Part shown: positions 50,715 to 62,294 of the stretch, piece after piece
Numbering within the stretch: the stretch's first letter is position 1
Layout of the letters: each line of letters starts with the position of its first letter
Notes under the pieces: generated by a model
What the model saw: only the letters and a program-made list of their open reading frames with translations
Database searches by the model: none
What the model was told of the DNA's origin: nothing
DNA from: Chara braunii
Lineage: Eukaryota; Plantae; Charophyceae
Direction: 5' to 3'
Assembly: GCA_003427395.1 (NCBI GenBank)
Contig: BFEA01000030.1
Span: forward strand, 3,892,562-3,956,561
Length of the DNA: 64,000 nt
Program-made: the position numbers and the translations under genes

Positions 50715-50816
50715 GTCCTTCGGGACATCCGTCAAAACGGGAACGATACAGAGAAGATTAGCATGGCCCCTGCGCTTCCAAGGATGACAAGCATAAATCG
50801 AGAAATAGTCCAAATT
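50715..50816 (+). pseudogene. U6: Full-length U6 snRNA retrocopy (copy C) with A-rich tail
   Basis: GTCCTTCGGGACATCCGTCAAAACGGGAACGATACAGAGAAGATTAGCATGGCCCCTGCGCTTCCAAGGATGACAAGCATAAATCGAGAAATAGTCCAAATT, then an A-rich tail at 50817-50840. Degenerate TSD AGAAGATTCG (50703-50712) / AGAAAATTCG (50841-50850). No oligo(T) terminator. Confidence 0.92.
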
Positions 50817-51115
50817 GAAGAAAAAAACACAAAAAAAAACAGAAAATTCGCACTGCGCCCTAAGAAACGCAGGGTCGTAAAACGAGCGGCCAAATCCAGT
50901 GCTTTCAGAACATGTTAATCGAAATAAGAGAATATATATATTTTTTAATACTCATATTCAATTTATTAAGAAATAAAAGAATCTATATTCTTCTGTAGTA
51001 AATAAATATATTCATGAATACTACAGTACTGAATATCCAATTATTATTTTATAGTGCCTATATTGTAGTATCTCGAAAGGGTATTTCACCCCTACATTGA
51101 CAGGGGGCAGTTGCC

Positions 51116-51284
51116 GGGGGCCAAGTCCCACTAGCAGCGTTCAGCAACCTCAACGCCTGAATCTGGACGTGTTTGTGGAGACGAGCAGTTCAGGAAAACT
51201 CAACACCATTTCTGCACATCTCCGCAAATTCGTCCACATTCAGGCGTTGAGGTACCTCAACGCTGATAGTGGGACTTGGCCCCC
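51116..51284. mobile_element. Foldback MITE (family B)
   Basis: Perfect 18-bp TIR GGGGGCCAAGTCCCACTA / TAGTGGGACTTGGCCCCC. Complementarity continues ~70 bp inward (CCTCAACGCCTGAAT / ATTCAGGCGTTGAGG). Confidence 0.8.
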
Positions 51285-51391
51285 AGAAAAATACCCATAA
51301 TGCACTTCATACCTAGAAGGGTATAATTCTAAGATAGCTATATCTAAGGCATTTCAAATCAAGGGTATAACACATCTAAATGAACTGAAAG

Positions 51392-51690
51392 AAAACGTCC
51401 ACAGAAATACACTCAAGGCATTTCACCCCTAAATTCCGTACGAGGGTGTGTTTCTACCGTCATTCTATACCCAAGTAGATCAATGTTCCTTACTGAATGG
51501 CGACTGCATTTGCATGCACAGCCAGAATTTATCTTAATGAGGAAACGTCCACAGAAATGCCCTTAAGCCATTTCCCACCTAAATTCCCTACGAGGGTGTG
51601 TTTCTAAGGTATTTTCATACCCAAGTAGATCGATGTTCTTTACTGAAAGGCGACTACATTCGCGTGCAAAGCCAGAATTTATCTTAATGT
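51392..51690. repeat. Tandem duplication (~150-bp unit)
   Basis: AAACGTCCACAGAAAT ... GCCAGAATTTATCTTAATG occurs twice. Confidence 0.8.
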
Positions 51691-51726
51691 GAAATGCTGA
51701 CGTCTTCCGGTTCCAGCTTCTTCTTA

Positions 51727-51838
51727 CCATCTTCACCCAAATACAATCTCCGAACGCTATACCAGTACTGGGGGCAACTTCCAGTCTCGATACAGGTCAT
51801 ACACCGACAATGACCATACGTTCTATTCGCGGGAAGGT
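51727..51838. mobile_element. MITE family A, copy 3 (diverged)
   Basis: TA-CCATCTTCACCCAAATA ... ATGACCATACGTTCTATTCGCGGGAAGG. Confidence 0.6.
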
Positions 51839-53541
51839 CAAATTCAACTGGACCCGCTGACGATCAAAACAGAGTCTAGGTTCAGCCCACTTCCCTTCAT
51901 CCAGGCTCATTCTTTAACCTACCATGTGATCACCCAACAGTTGAACCGTTACGTGTCGGTCCGTGTTAGCAGACTGTGCAAAAATGATCATCCAAAAGTT
52001 GAGCCACTATGTGTCGGTCTGAGTTATAAGCAGACAACACTAGACTCTGTGGACGAAATAGCTGTCCCCAAATGCAGACCTCTCTCTCTCTCTCAGAACA
52101 AAGACTTGCCACCAATCACTCATTGCATGTCAGGCTGCAAAACGGAGCCAGTCGCAGTCAGCCCATCAGGGAACCTCTCGATAGTTTAACCGCTCTCCCT
52201 CTCTCACTCAATAGCTTCACCGCTTTCTCTCATATGCACACAGCAACGACTAGACTGAGATCTCTCAGCGCATCTCAGGCTATTGACAGGGCGGTCAAAT
52301 CTGTCGTCGATCAGTTCGTCTGTCTTGAAGTCCGTCTATGTGTCCTGTGCACGACCTTCCGAGGGCATCCTGCTGTGATCGCAGAAAAAGAAAGGCGGTA
52401 GCAGAAGGAGAGCTGCACTGCACCAATTTAACTCTCTCTCTCTCTCTCTCTCTCTGTGGCACAGAATTCTGTGAATTACTCATACAGCATATGATGCATA
52501 CTCGTATTAGTATCTCCACATTCAGGTGAATACTAAAAACAGCGGTAGGTGTTCAAATCTACACATCCCTATGCAAGTGTGACGGAGCGCGACAGAGGGG
52601 CGGCAGAGAGGGGGGAGGAGGGCCGGTGGCGGGGGTGTTGAAGCAGCTCTACACGTTCAACGTCCCTTGATTGAAGGGAAAAAGGAGGTGGTTCTCCTAG
52701 CTTTCCGCTCCCATCAACGATCTTCTGCCGCGTATCACATATCCAGTCAGAATAATCGATTAGTAATAAAACACATTCAGTTCGTAATGGCTTGGTTCAA
52801 ACACATTCAGTTCGTAATGGCTTGGTTCAATTGGCGACATGTGGAAATGACAACCAACGCCTTCGTTCAGTCGGCGTCGCTCTCAGAATGTACCTGGACA
52901 CGCAGATCCAAGCGACTGAGACAAACAAGGCCCCCTGGTTGACGGCCTGTCAAAATGCAGCTGGACGAGCCCGGTGCCCAAGTGAATGTCCAGCATGATC
53001 TGCACCTGGTCATGGAGATTCCGACGTACGGTCTGACCAACCAATTACTCCCGACTTCGAGTACCATAAGAGGTTGCTTCTCTTTTCAAGCGCCATCCTT
53101 TTCAACAACACGATCACGTACTTTTTTCCTTTTTTTTTTAATCGGCGATTCAGATGGCCGTACTTCTGCGGCCCCGACCTTGGAAGGTCTGGATACAGAT
53201 CTTTGGTCCGCAAGATCACCAAACCAGATGGGATCTTGTGCATAAAAGGTAGCATACGGAACACGCGGATTGAGATAGACAAGCGAATAGACCCATACAA
53301 TTTCTATATTCATAACCAGTTAGTCGGATGAACACTGCTGCAGATAGGAGCAAGGGAGTTCGTCGTAACAAGCCATAGACATAAACAGAGATGCCACTGA
53401 GCGAGGGAGAACCACGGGATTGATATGAGATAGAAGCGGGGGAGTTCAGATCAACAGGCCATAAACATCAATAGCGATCCCACTGCGCGCCGACATTTTC
53501 CGAGAAAACCCTAACCCTAAAGATCCTCGAGTAACCGACTA

Positions 53542-53641
53542 CCGTCTTCGCTCGAATAAAATGCCCGGTCATTATTCCCGTAAGTTTCACGAAATACATC
53601 ATCAGCTATAATGACCGGGCGTTCTATTCGGGTCAAGACGA
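53542..53641. mobile_element. MITE family A, copy 4
   Basis: TA-CCGTCTTCGCTCGAATAAAATGCCCGGTCATTAT ... ATAATGACCGGGCGTTCTATTCGGGTCAAGACGA-TA. Confidence 0.78.
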
Positions 53642-53810
53642 TATCGATATAGAGTCAAATGTAGGACAACAGCTAAAAATAGCCACCAATGAATGAACAA
53701 AGAAGAGTTCCATGACCAGGACAGGAAATGCCGCTCCCAATAATACGCCTCTTAGGTCCGGACGAAATTATGGTCAGATGCATTGAGAGTGTACAGAGAA
53801 AACGGATGCG

Positions 53811-53921
53811 GTCACTTACCCGGAATAGAACGTACGGTCATTATAGTAGTCTATTATTTGAAGCGATTATCGATCTAGATATAGTGATAATGACAGTGCG
53901 TTCAATTCGGGGGAAGGTCGG
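53811..53921. mobile_element. MITE family A, copy 5 (diverged)
   Basis: CTTACCCGGAATAGAACGTACGGTCATTAT ... ATAATGACAGTGCGTTCAATTCGGGGGAAGG. Confidence 0.6.
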
Positions 53922-55354
53922 ATAGGAACAGAGAGAGTTATGGAAAAGAAAACTGACGCATTGACGAGTCCTCCTCTGGGCTTCTGTTTTTTTAACCGCC
54001 AGCACCTGGCCGCAGCCTTTCACAAAATGCATCTAATAATAGTAAAAACAAAATGCGACTAAAAAAACAAAAAAAAAAAACAAGGAAACAACAAATCAAC
54101 TCGGCGCCAGCCAAAGAAAGAAAAAACGTCCGCCGCTGGCGGCTCGGAACAGCTTGGCGCGCAGTGCCGGTGGGTCTATTGGGTTCATCTATGGCAGGCG
54201 GACGCCAAAACACCCACCCTCCCAGCAGCCGCGCTCTGCAGTGGGATTCTCCACTCATCATCCTGTTTTGACCCATCATCTGTATTTGTAGATACAAAAG
54301 AAAGTACGACCTACAGAACAGGTCCTGTTCTCGACCAGTCCTTCCTCTGGGATTTTCTTATCCTTCGATTTTTTAAATTTATAAAGGTTGTGCAGACTAG
54401 GCATAAGCAAGCCCTACCCTGCTGGCCAGCGCTATAATCACACTCCACAAACACACGCAAGGCAGAGCGGGGCATTCCAAGCCGGGAGACTCCAGTGACA
54501 CCCAGTCCCTCAGCGACCATCCCCGCCCCCCAAATGCGCTGGCGTCCAATATGTCGCCCAACCAACTGGGCGGCTGCTGCACTTGGGTTGTTCCATGTTG
54601 TATAAATTTTACAGGAGGGACAAATTTTGAAGAATTGGCCAAAACTTTGGCTGGGAGAGGTGAGGTAGGCATGTCTTCCAAAGGCAACCCCAAATCCCGA
54701 AAAACGCATACAAAAAAAGACCGGCGGCACACAAATCGACGACAAACATTACAAAGAAGAAAATTTCTCTTCGCGGAAAGTGCAAAGATTTCGATGCCGC
54801 ACACGACTAATGGAATTGAATTACTGAAAAAACTCACAGCATCTTCGACGGCTGTCATTCGGATCAATCAGAGCCCATCTCACTAGTTCCATCCACAAGA
54901 TCGTCGTCAAAAACCAACCACCCCTCCCTCCTCCACTCTTACGTCCCCATCACAGGATGATAAGTCCACCGCGTCGCCTCTTCAAAGCGAGCGAGAGCGC
55001 GAACAATCCTCCTTCCTTCCACCCCCACCCCCACTATCTCCACTCGAGTCAGCCGACGGAAAGATTCGGTGACGACACCGATCTCAATTCGCTTGCAAAC
55101 GTGTCACGTCGAGAGCGGACAAACGAATTTGAACCCTCAACCTACTCCTGATAACGGGAACAAACTCACCCATATTTTATACCTCGGAGAGCGGAAAAAA
55201 TGGAATCGACGACGAGTTAGGCTCTCATTCTATGACGAAGACGTCTGCGCATCTCTGCAAATCTCTGCACATCTCGCTCTACTCCGAGACCTCTCCCTCT
55301 GCCTCTCCCCCTTTACATCATCACTGCACTTCGGCCAAAACTCCCTCAACGCAC

Positions 55355-58300
55355 TCAATGAGCGGCTGCTGCGGCGACCTTCTTCTTCGGAGCGGCCTGG
55401 GTGCCTGCCATAACATACAAAACCAAACACTCAAATCAACAAACCGTAATCATATATAAAATTAAAAAATAAATAAAAAAAATGTTGATCTGTGAGATGT
55501 GTTATTCGCTTTGTGACAATTGGATTATCTTTCTTTCCCTGTCAGGTTTGGTTTCCTCCTTTTCTTTACCTCTTTGCCTTTTGGCTGCGTGCAAGTGGGG
55601 GAAGCCAGCGCTCACCCTGTCATCCACGTGGCTGGCCTTGTACGCAAGAGGTAGTGAACAGGTGGCGCTTTCCTTCCTTCCTTTTGCTTTTTTCCGCCTT
55701 CGCGCTCTGAATTTCAGTGTGACAATATATATATTGTCACATTGTGAATCAGAGCGCAAAAAAGGGAAAAGAAAAAAGGAAAAGGAAAAAAGGGAAAGGG
55801 AAGGAGGTAAGGAAAGCTCCACCTGTTCATAACCTCTTACGTACAAGGCCAGCCACGTGGATGACAGGTTGAGCGCTGGCTGCCCCCATCCCCGTGTGTC
55901 ACAAGGACCCACTTGCACNCAGCCAAAAGGCAAAGAGGTAAAGAAGGGGAGGAGGAAACCAAACCTGACAGGGAAAGAAAGATAGGGAAAGAAAGATAAT
56001 CCAATTATCACAAAGCAAACAACACATCCCACAGATCAACGTATCTTTTCTTTTTTTCTTTTTTCCTTTCTTTTTTCCTTTCTTTTTTCTTTTTTTCTCT
56101 TTTTCTCTTTACCTGCCCCCACCTCGGCAGATAGGACATTGGCCGATGAATATCAGAGCGCAAAAGCGAAAAAAAGGAAAAGAAGAAAAAATGAATTCGT
56201 TTTTTTATCTTCTTTACAACTCCGCCTGTTCAGAACCTCTTGCGTACAAGGCCGCCCACGTGGATGTACGTTGAGCGGCGGCTGCCCCCACCCCCGTGTA
56301 TCATATCGACCCACTTGCACACAGCCAAAAGGCAAAGAGGCAAAGAAAAGAGGAAGGGAACAGCCCAACCAAACAGAACAGGGGGCAACAAAACAAATCC
56401 CGGATGACAAGTCCCACATGCAAGCACAAATATATACATCGTCATAGAGATATCAGAGCGCAAAGGCGAATCAGAGAGTAAAGAAAAATATCAATTCGTA
56501 TATATATATTTTCGACGGTTCAGCCTCCTGCTGAGTCGGTCAAACTCAGACGAAGCAGTTCGTCACAGCCCCTCGTTTGTAGTCTTCCTTCTCCCTCCCT
56601 CTCTGCCTACGGTTTCCCGGGAATTTCTGTTCGACGATACATGCATATTTATAGCCGAGACAAAGAGAACAGACCGTATTCCCACATTTCTCCTCTCTTT
56701 TCGAAACAAAAAAGGCAACAAAAAAAGAACGGACTTAGTAAATTGAGAGACTGTTTTCGCGTGCGCTTTCCCATAAGAGATCTTTTCCATTCCGCACTTT
56801 TAAACGACTGAAGTTTCGTTCTTCAACCATTTGTTCGAAATCAACCGCATATCTTCTCTTCTGGATGCGAAAAACAAAACGAAAGCCAATGGATTTTGCA
56901 ATTGAGACTCCATTCCGTAAGGAATCGAGAAATTGTCAACCGCATACTGATTTTGCGTACTCATTTCCATAAGGAATCGAATCGTCGTTGACAATTCATT
57001 TTTGACTTTCAAACGACTAAAACATTGTTCTTTGATCATTTATCCGATATCAGACACGAAAACTACCTTTCCAAAACAGCATTAGGGTCAGAACCCACTA
57101 CCCTGGATTATCCGTTTCTCACCCTCGATTACGACGATCAACGGTCAGAAATGAACAATAAGGATGTGGAATCTGGCCCTTACAAATGCGAAAAAACTGA
57201 AACAAACAAATGACGGTGCAGTACAGACTATGATTTGCGGGTCCTACCGCCCTGGATCTCCGAACATGTATAAGAGATTAAATACTGAAGGGCTATCAGT
57301 CAGCTGCTCGCTGAAGAAATTCGTGACGGCAGTGAATCTGTACATGCTATATGGGAGCGTGCGCACGAGACCTCCGGAGTTTTTAATTCCAAAAAGCCAA
57401 ACATTATTTTCCCGCCAAATTTTAGACCCCCTGGGTGGAAATTCTCGCACATTTTTGACAAAATTGACCAACATAGAATACTGAGAGCTGGACATGATTT
57501 CCCCACCTACATTTGGACCACGGAATGGTTTCTGAGATACAAAGACTCGCTCTTTGACCGGAAAACAAAGCAGCGTACAAACCCTACTGCGTAGGACTTC
57601 CATCACCGAAAAAACCCTTGGACATGGAAGATCAACCCCAATCGAAAGGGCTTATAAACCTGCTTGAAGCCCGCACTTAAGCACCACAGCCGCAGTAATC
57701 TAGACACGGATGCCGTGAGACATGCTGTGTCTTTTGGACGGCGTTGAGATCATCGAAAGGCTGGCAGGATCGCCTTCAGAACACGGTTTTTCTGTTATGC
57801 AAGGTCAGGAAACCCTAACTTCCAAGGGTCAGAAACTGTCGAGATCCACGCAGTTCAAGACAACACTCCGACTTTTCTGACAACCGACCTCCGTCATGGC
57901 TAACTGACCACCCCTCAAATCGAACAATACAATCCAAAAATGCGACAAACAACAGTATGTGTTGCATTCGAACACAATCGAGTCCCACGAATAGACCATG
58001 ACTACCAACTCCACCCGAACAGAACGCCCGGTCATTAAAGCTGCTGCTGCATTTGGCACAACTTTCAGTCCAGATGCAGCTATAATCACCGGGCGTGTTT
58101 TATTCCGGTGAAGACGGTAGACAGGATAACTAGGGTTCTAACAATGAGCGCCCCTCAAATTGAAAAAGAACAATCAAATACGAAACACGTGCAATCAAAC
58201 TAGACAAACGATTGAATCCCATGAATGAATGGATCACGAGTTCGCGAATCGAGAAATACTAGACAGGGAATAACAGACCATTCCCAAAACCGAGCACTTG

Positions 58301-61300
58301 GCAGACATCGCTACGTTCCAACATACCTTCCCTAAAGCCGTTCTTGAACCTTCGGGGCATGGTCCGAAGGTGGCGCATCCTCCCTGTCCCGGTCGTCTTC
58401 CTGCGAATGGCCTTCTGACTCCAGTTAACTGCATTTCGAATCATAGACAGCTTATTAGCAAGAGGGCTTTAACATAAATAAAGGGAACACAGCGCAAACT
58501 TCATTTAAATAAGAACCGCACATCGAATACACGGAAGAAGAACTCAATCGATGACAACAGAAGACGGAATCCAGTAGGTTCAGAAAAAGAATCAGGATGC
58601 CGTTTCGCATTATTGACCTCCTTAGCAAGACGGTTCGTGTCATGAAAACACAAGAGCGGAAGAACATCCTCATGGAAGACCACAAATTTAATCGAAGACG
58701 GGTAAAGAACCGCAAATCTATAGAAAAACGAATCCAATCAAGGACACGGGGAGAGACGAAAGGAAAAACACCTGCAACTTTGATAAAAAAGAGAATCTCA
58801 TCAAGGAGACGGACGAAGACGGGGTTGATAAAACCAGCTCAGAGAGAGAATTAAGAAATACAGCATATTGCGACATCCCCTTGTGAACCGCAAACTCCAT
58901 AGATGAAAGAACCCATTCGACGAGAAAAGACGGGGTAGATGAAACCAGTTCAGAGAGAGAATTAAGAAACAACATATTTCAACATCCCCTTGTAAAGAAC
59001 CGCGAAGTCCATAGTAGAAAGAACCCATTCGACGAAAAAAGACGGGGTAGAACAATTTCAGAGAGAGAATTAAGACTCAGAAGAGCGCAACATCATTATG
59101 GAGAACCGCAACCTGCCTGGGAGAAAGGATGTCCCCTCCGCAAGAATGACACGCATAAAAAATCGAGAAACAATCCAATTGTTTTTCGAAATAAAGGAAT
59201 CCCGTCAGCAGGAAGAGTCAGGACAATTAAGAGTCGGGACACTTAAGAGTCAGGACACTTAAAGAGTCAGGACACTTAAGAAGAAGAAGGCGTGGGAACC
59301 GACTGCAACCGACAGCATGTTCGTCCATTTGTTTTCTGAAAGGAAGTAATATCGTCAACAGGAAGAGTCAGGACACTCCAGCAGGCGTGGGAACTGACTA
59401 CAATCGACGGCATTCGAACATGAAGTCGCGTCCCATATAGAGGAGATGGAGCGAGAAAATGGCTCAAGGTGGAGAAGACACGAATGAGAGATCGAAAGGT
59501 GGGGACAGCGAAGAAGACGAGAGGAACTAAGAACGTGACGAGAGGTGAGAGAAGAGGGCCAGCCGAGAGAAGGCCGACAGAAATCGTACGTACCAAAACG
59601 GCCAAACCAAAAAAGGAGCTGGGTGAAACAATGAGAAGCAGAGACCGCAAATCATTGCCTACATGTGGGGATAAGGACGTTGCGTCATCACAGGTGAGAG
59701 AGGAGATGAGGGCCAAGAGATCCAGCTGGGAGAAGGCAGAAAGGCATAGTACCACAACGTCCCAAGCAGAAGGGAGGGTCAAAAGATCCAGCTGGGAGGA
59801 GGCCGAGAGATATAGTACCATAACGGCCCACGCAGAAAGGAGCTCGGTGAAACTACTAGAAAGAATGAGAGACCGCCAATCACTGCACACATGTGGAGGA
59901 AGGGGCATTGCGGAGGTAGGGTAAGCGAATATCGCAGATGGCAGGAAGCACTGGATGGGCGGCGATGAAGCTATACACAAGATATTACATACAGTTCATA
60001 AAGTCTCCACGAGGACGGGTTGAGAACACAAGCAGGTTAAACCAGGGTTAGACCAATCAAGCAGGAGCTTAATAAATCGCCAGTGCACACCATATATCGG
60101 CCCCGGGCCCCTTCGGAGACCAGAAACGCAACAAAGGCCGCCGATGGAACATCGAAGGCAGCCCAGGACGTACTTTCCCAACGGGTGACAGTTTCTTTTC
60201 AGCAAGGCTGGGCCGTGTGCTGGTCGTTTAAGAATAGATGAGCCTTGTGAAGTCCACCCATAACCAAAACATATATTAGAAAACGAAGAGAAAAGATGTC
60301 GCCAAAGAAAGGGAACGAAAGAGTGCCAAACCCCAGACGGCAACAGACACAAAAAGAAGAGAATAGAGGAAGACGGTACCTAGAGTGAAGTCTAGAGACA
60401 GAAAAAGGAGAGGCCAAAAACAAGGTCAGCAAAAGTGTCGCAATGGGAGGACAAAACGGGCGAGAGAGAGATGTTGGCAAGGAATAGGTAAAGGCAGGCG
60501 CCAAGGAATAGGTAAGGGCAGGCGCAAGGAAAAGCGAAGGCGGGAATGTGAACGCCAACGTGACATAAGAGGGAACGCAGAGAGGAAGAACCGATGGAGG
60601 GCTCAAGGAGGGAAGAGAGAGGGCAGGATAGGTTAGGGCAGGCGTAAAGAAACGAGAAAATGTCGGAATGTGAACGTGAGCGTGATGTACAGAGGGAGAG
60701 CAGAAAGGACGACCCGACGGAGGACTTGAGGACAACGAGGGAAGGGAGGGCAGGAAGGCGGAAGAATGAGAAAAAACGCGGCGGCGGAGGAAGTAAATGC
60801 CATCGACCAAGATAGGAAGATGGTGCAGAAGGCAGAATGGACAGCTGGTAGGACACCAAAGAGAAGCGGAAGAGAGGAGGGATGGAAGAGCGGCATAGTA
60901 GAGAAGGGAACGGGCGAGAAAGGCGGGTATGAGCAGGAGGGGGCAGAGGGACGGGCAGTAGATAGAGAAAAGGGGAGCACTGTCGGGAAAAACACTGGAG
61001 AAGGGAAAGAGGAGAGCAGGAGCAGGTGAGCACGAGGGAAGAATCGCAGGCTCTGAGAACGGTGAGTTGTGATAAAGGCGAGAAAGAAGGCAGATGGGGA
61101 ACGTGATACATCAAACATGAAAGAAGAGAAACCAAAGAGGGAACACAAGAGAAGAAAGATGATGGGGAAGATGAGAGGGTGAGATTGACAGGGAACAGAA
61201 TGAAAAAGCGAGAGGTGAAATGACAGGGGAAAACTGAGCAAGAAGATCGAGAAAGTTTAGAAAAAACGAGGAAGGGAAAGTAAGAGGGACGGCGGGAAGG

Positions 61301-62294
61301 GAAAATGAGAAGGGACAAGGGAGGAAATGATGGAAGGGAAAATGACAGGGAGTATGGAGGCGAAGAGTAGAGGTTGATTGGGGAACAGAAGCCCAAGAAG
61401 AGATCAAAGAGATGGATAAAGAAGGTGAGACAAGGGGCGACTGGCAGGAGGACTGAAGGGCTCCGAGCAACTTCACATAACCATGTCACGCCTTTGCAGA
61501 AGGAAGAACGATTGAAAAAATACCGACTTCAAATGATCAAATGGTGAGGATCCCATTAACTCACATTTGCGAATCCGTGCTGCAGGATATCCACATGCCG
61601 AGCACTTCGACTTCTGGATGTGGAAACTTCGCCGCCCACATCGCCGGCAGAGCGTGTGTGTCTTGTTCCGGCGCTTGCCGAAGCTTCCCGTACCTTTACC
61701 CTGTTTGTTCCATGATCATTCCACGATCATTCCACCAACATTCATCACGTCAGATACATTTTCTTGTGGGCCAAGGCCCATGGATGAGTACCAAAAACAT
61801 CGAATTGCCATGCAAGTCCGAGCTTCCGTTTTTCGCTTCAACAAAATACACACAATAGTCTTCCAGACATCAATCAGAGAGCAAAAACCGTAAGATCTTG
61901 AGGACTTCAACGCTTCACGATTCCTCTTCTTCCCCGCCTTCCGCCGAAACCCTAACTGCAGAAAGCACCGCCCTCACCTAACCAGAACGGACGACCAGGG
62001 GGTGAATAATCAATCAGCTGCGAAATTGAGGCAAAAGGGCGTGCCGCGTAGAGGAGGAGAAGATCATGCTTCCTTCCGGCGAGGAAAAGTCGTGTCAACG
62101 AAACAAACACCGTATAGTACCAATGATGCAGAAAACTACGGAGTTCATATCCCTTTTACATGTTGAGATGGCGACGTGATGAATAGGAGAGAGACACAGA
62201 GAGAGAGAAGGACGGGCCGGGGGGGAGGGGGGGGAATCGATAGCAAGGCCAGCCGAGAGCAGCACTCCTGTCCATGGAAACCATCACTCACCAT
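55355..62294 (-). CDS. RPL37: 60S ribosomal protein L37 (eL37), four exons: join(62292-62294, 61565-61700, 58327-58428, 55355-55404), 96 aa
   Basis: Spliced frame [96 protein letters not shown]. All introns are GT-AG, phases match (3+136+102+50 = 291 nt), and the C4 zinc finger is intact. Confidence 0.97.
55484..56041. repeat. ~550-bp foldback inverted repeat in RPL37 intron 3 (third partial arm at ~56150-56430)
   Basis: Arms begin GTTGATCTGTGAGATGTGTT and end AACACATCCCACAGATCAAC. The centre is the perfect palindrome TGTGACAATATATATATTGTCACA at ~55730. Confidence 0.85.
58005..58117. mobile_element. MITE family A, copy 6
   Basis: TA-CCAACTCCACCCGAACAGAACGCCCGGTCATTA ... TAATCACCGGGCGTGTTTTATTCCGGTGAAGACGG-TA. 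Confidence 0.75.
58815..59075. repeat. Tandem repeat (~115-bp unit) in RPL37 intron 2
   Basis: AAGACGGGGT.GA ... TCAGAGAGAGAATTAAGA occurs three times. Confidence 0.75.
59127..59186 (+). pseudogene. U6: 5'-truncated U6 snRNA fragment (copy D), antisense within RPL37 intron 2
   Basis: GGATGTCCCCTCCGCAAGAATGACACGCATAAAAAATCGAGAAACAATCCAATTGTTTTT aligns with the U6 3' half GCATGGCCCCTGCGCAAGGATGACACGCATAAATCGAGAAATGGTCCAAATTTT. Confidence 0.75.
61947..61955. promoter_or_regulatory. Telo-box (AAACCCTAA) in RPL37 intron 1
   Basis: Exact motif ~340 bp from the start codon. Telo-boxes are enriched near the 5' ends of plant ribosomal protein genes. Confidence 0.45.

Noticed and set aside
58259-58444. 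Stand-alone 61-aa ORF
   Set aside because: It is RPL37 exon 3 plus intron sequence, not a separate gene.
59276-61489. ORFs of 118-365 aa in RPL37 intron 2
   Set aside because: This is purine/pyrimidine-skewed sequence, likely an old TE remnant, with no recognisable domain motifs.
58429-62291. Intronic C/D snoRNA candidates (GTGATGA at ~59690 and ~61745, minus strand)
   Set aside because: I saw no suitably spaced D box or terminal stem.
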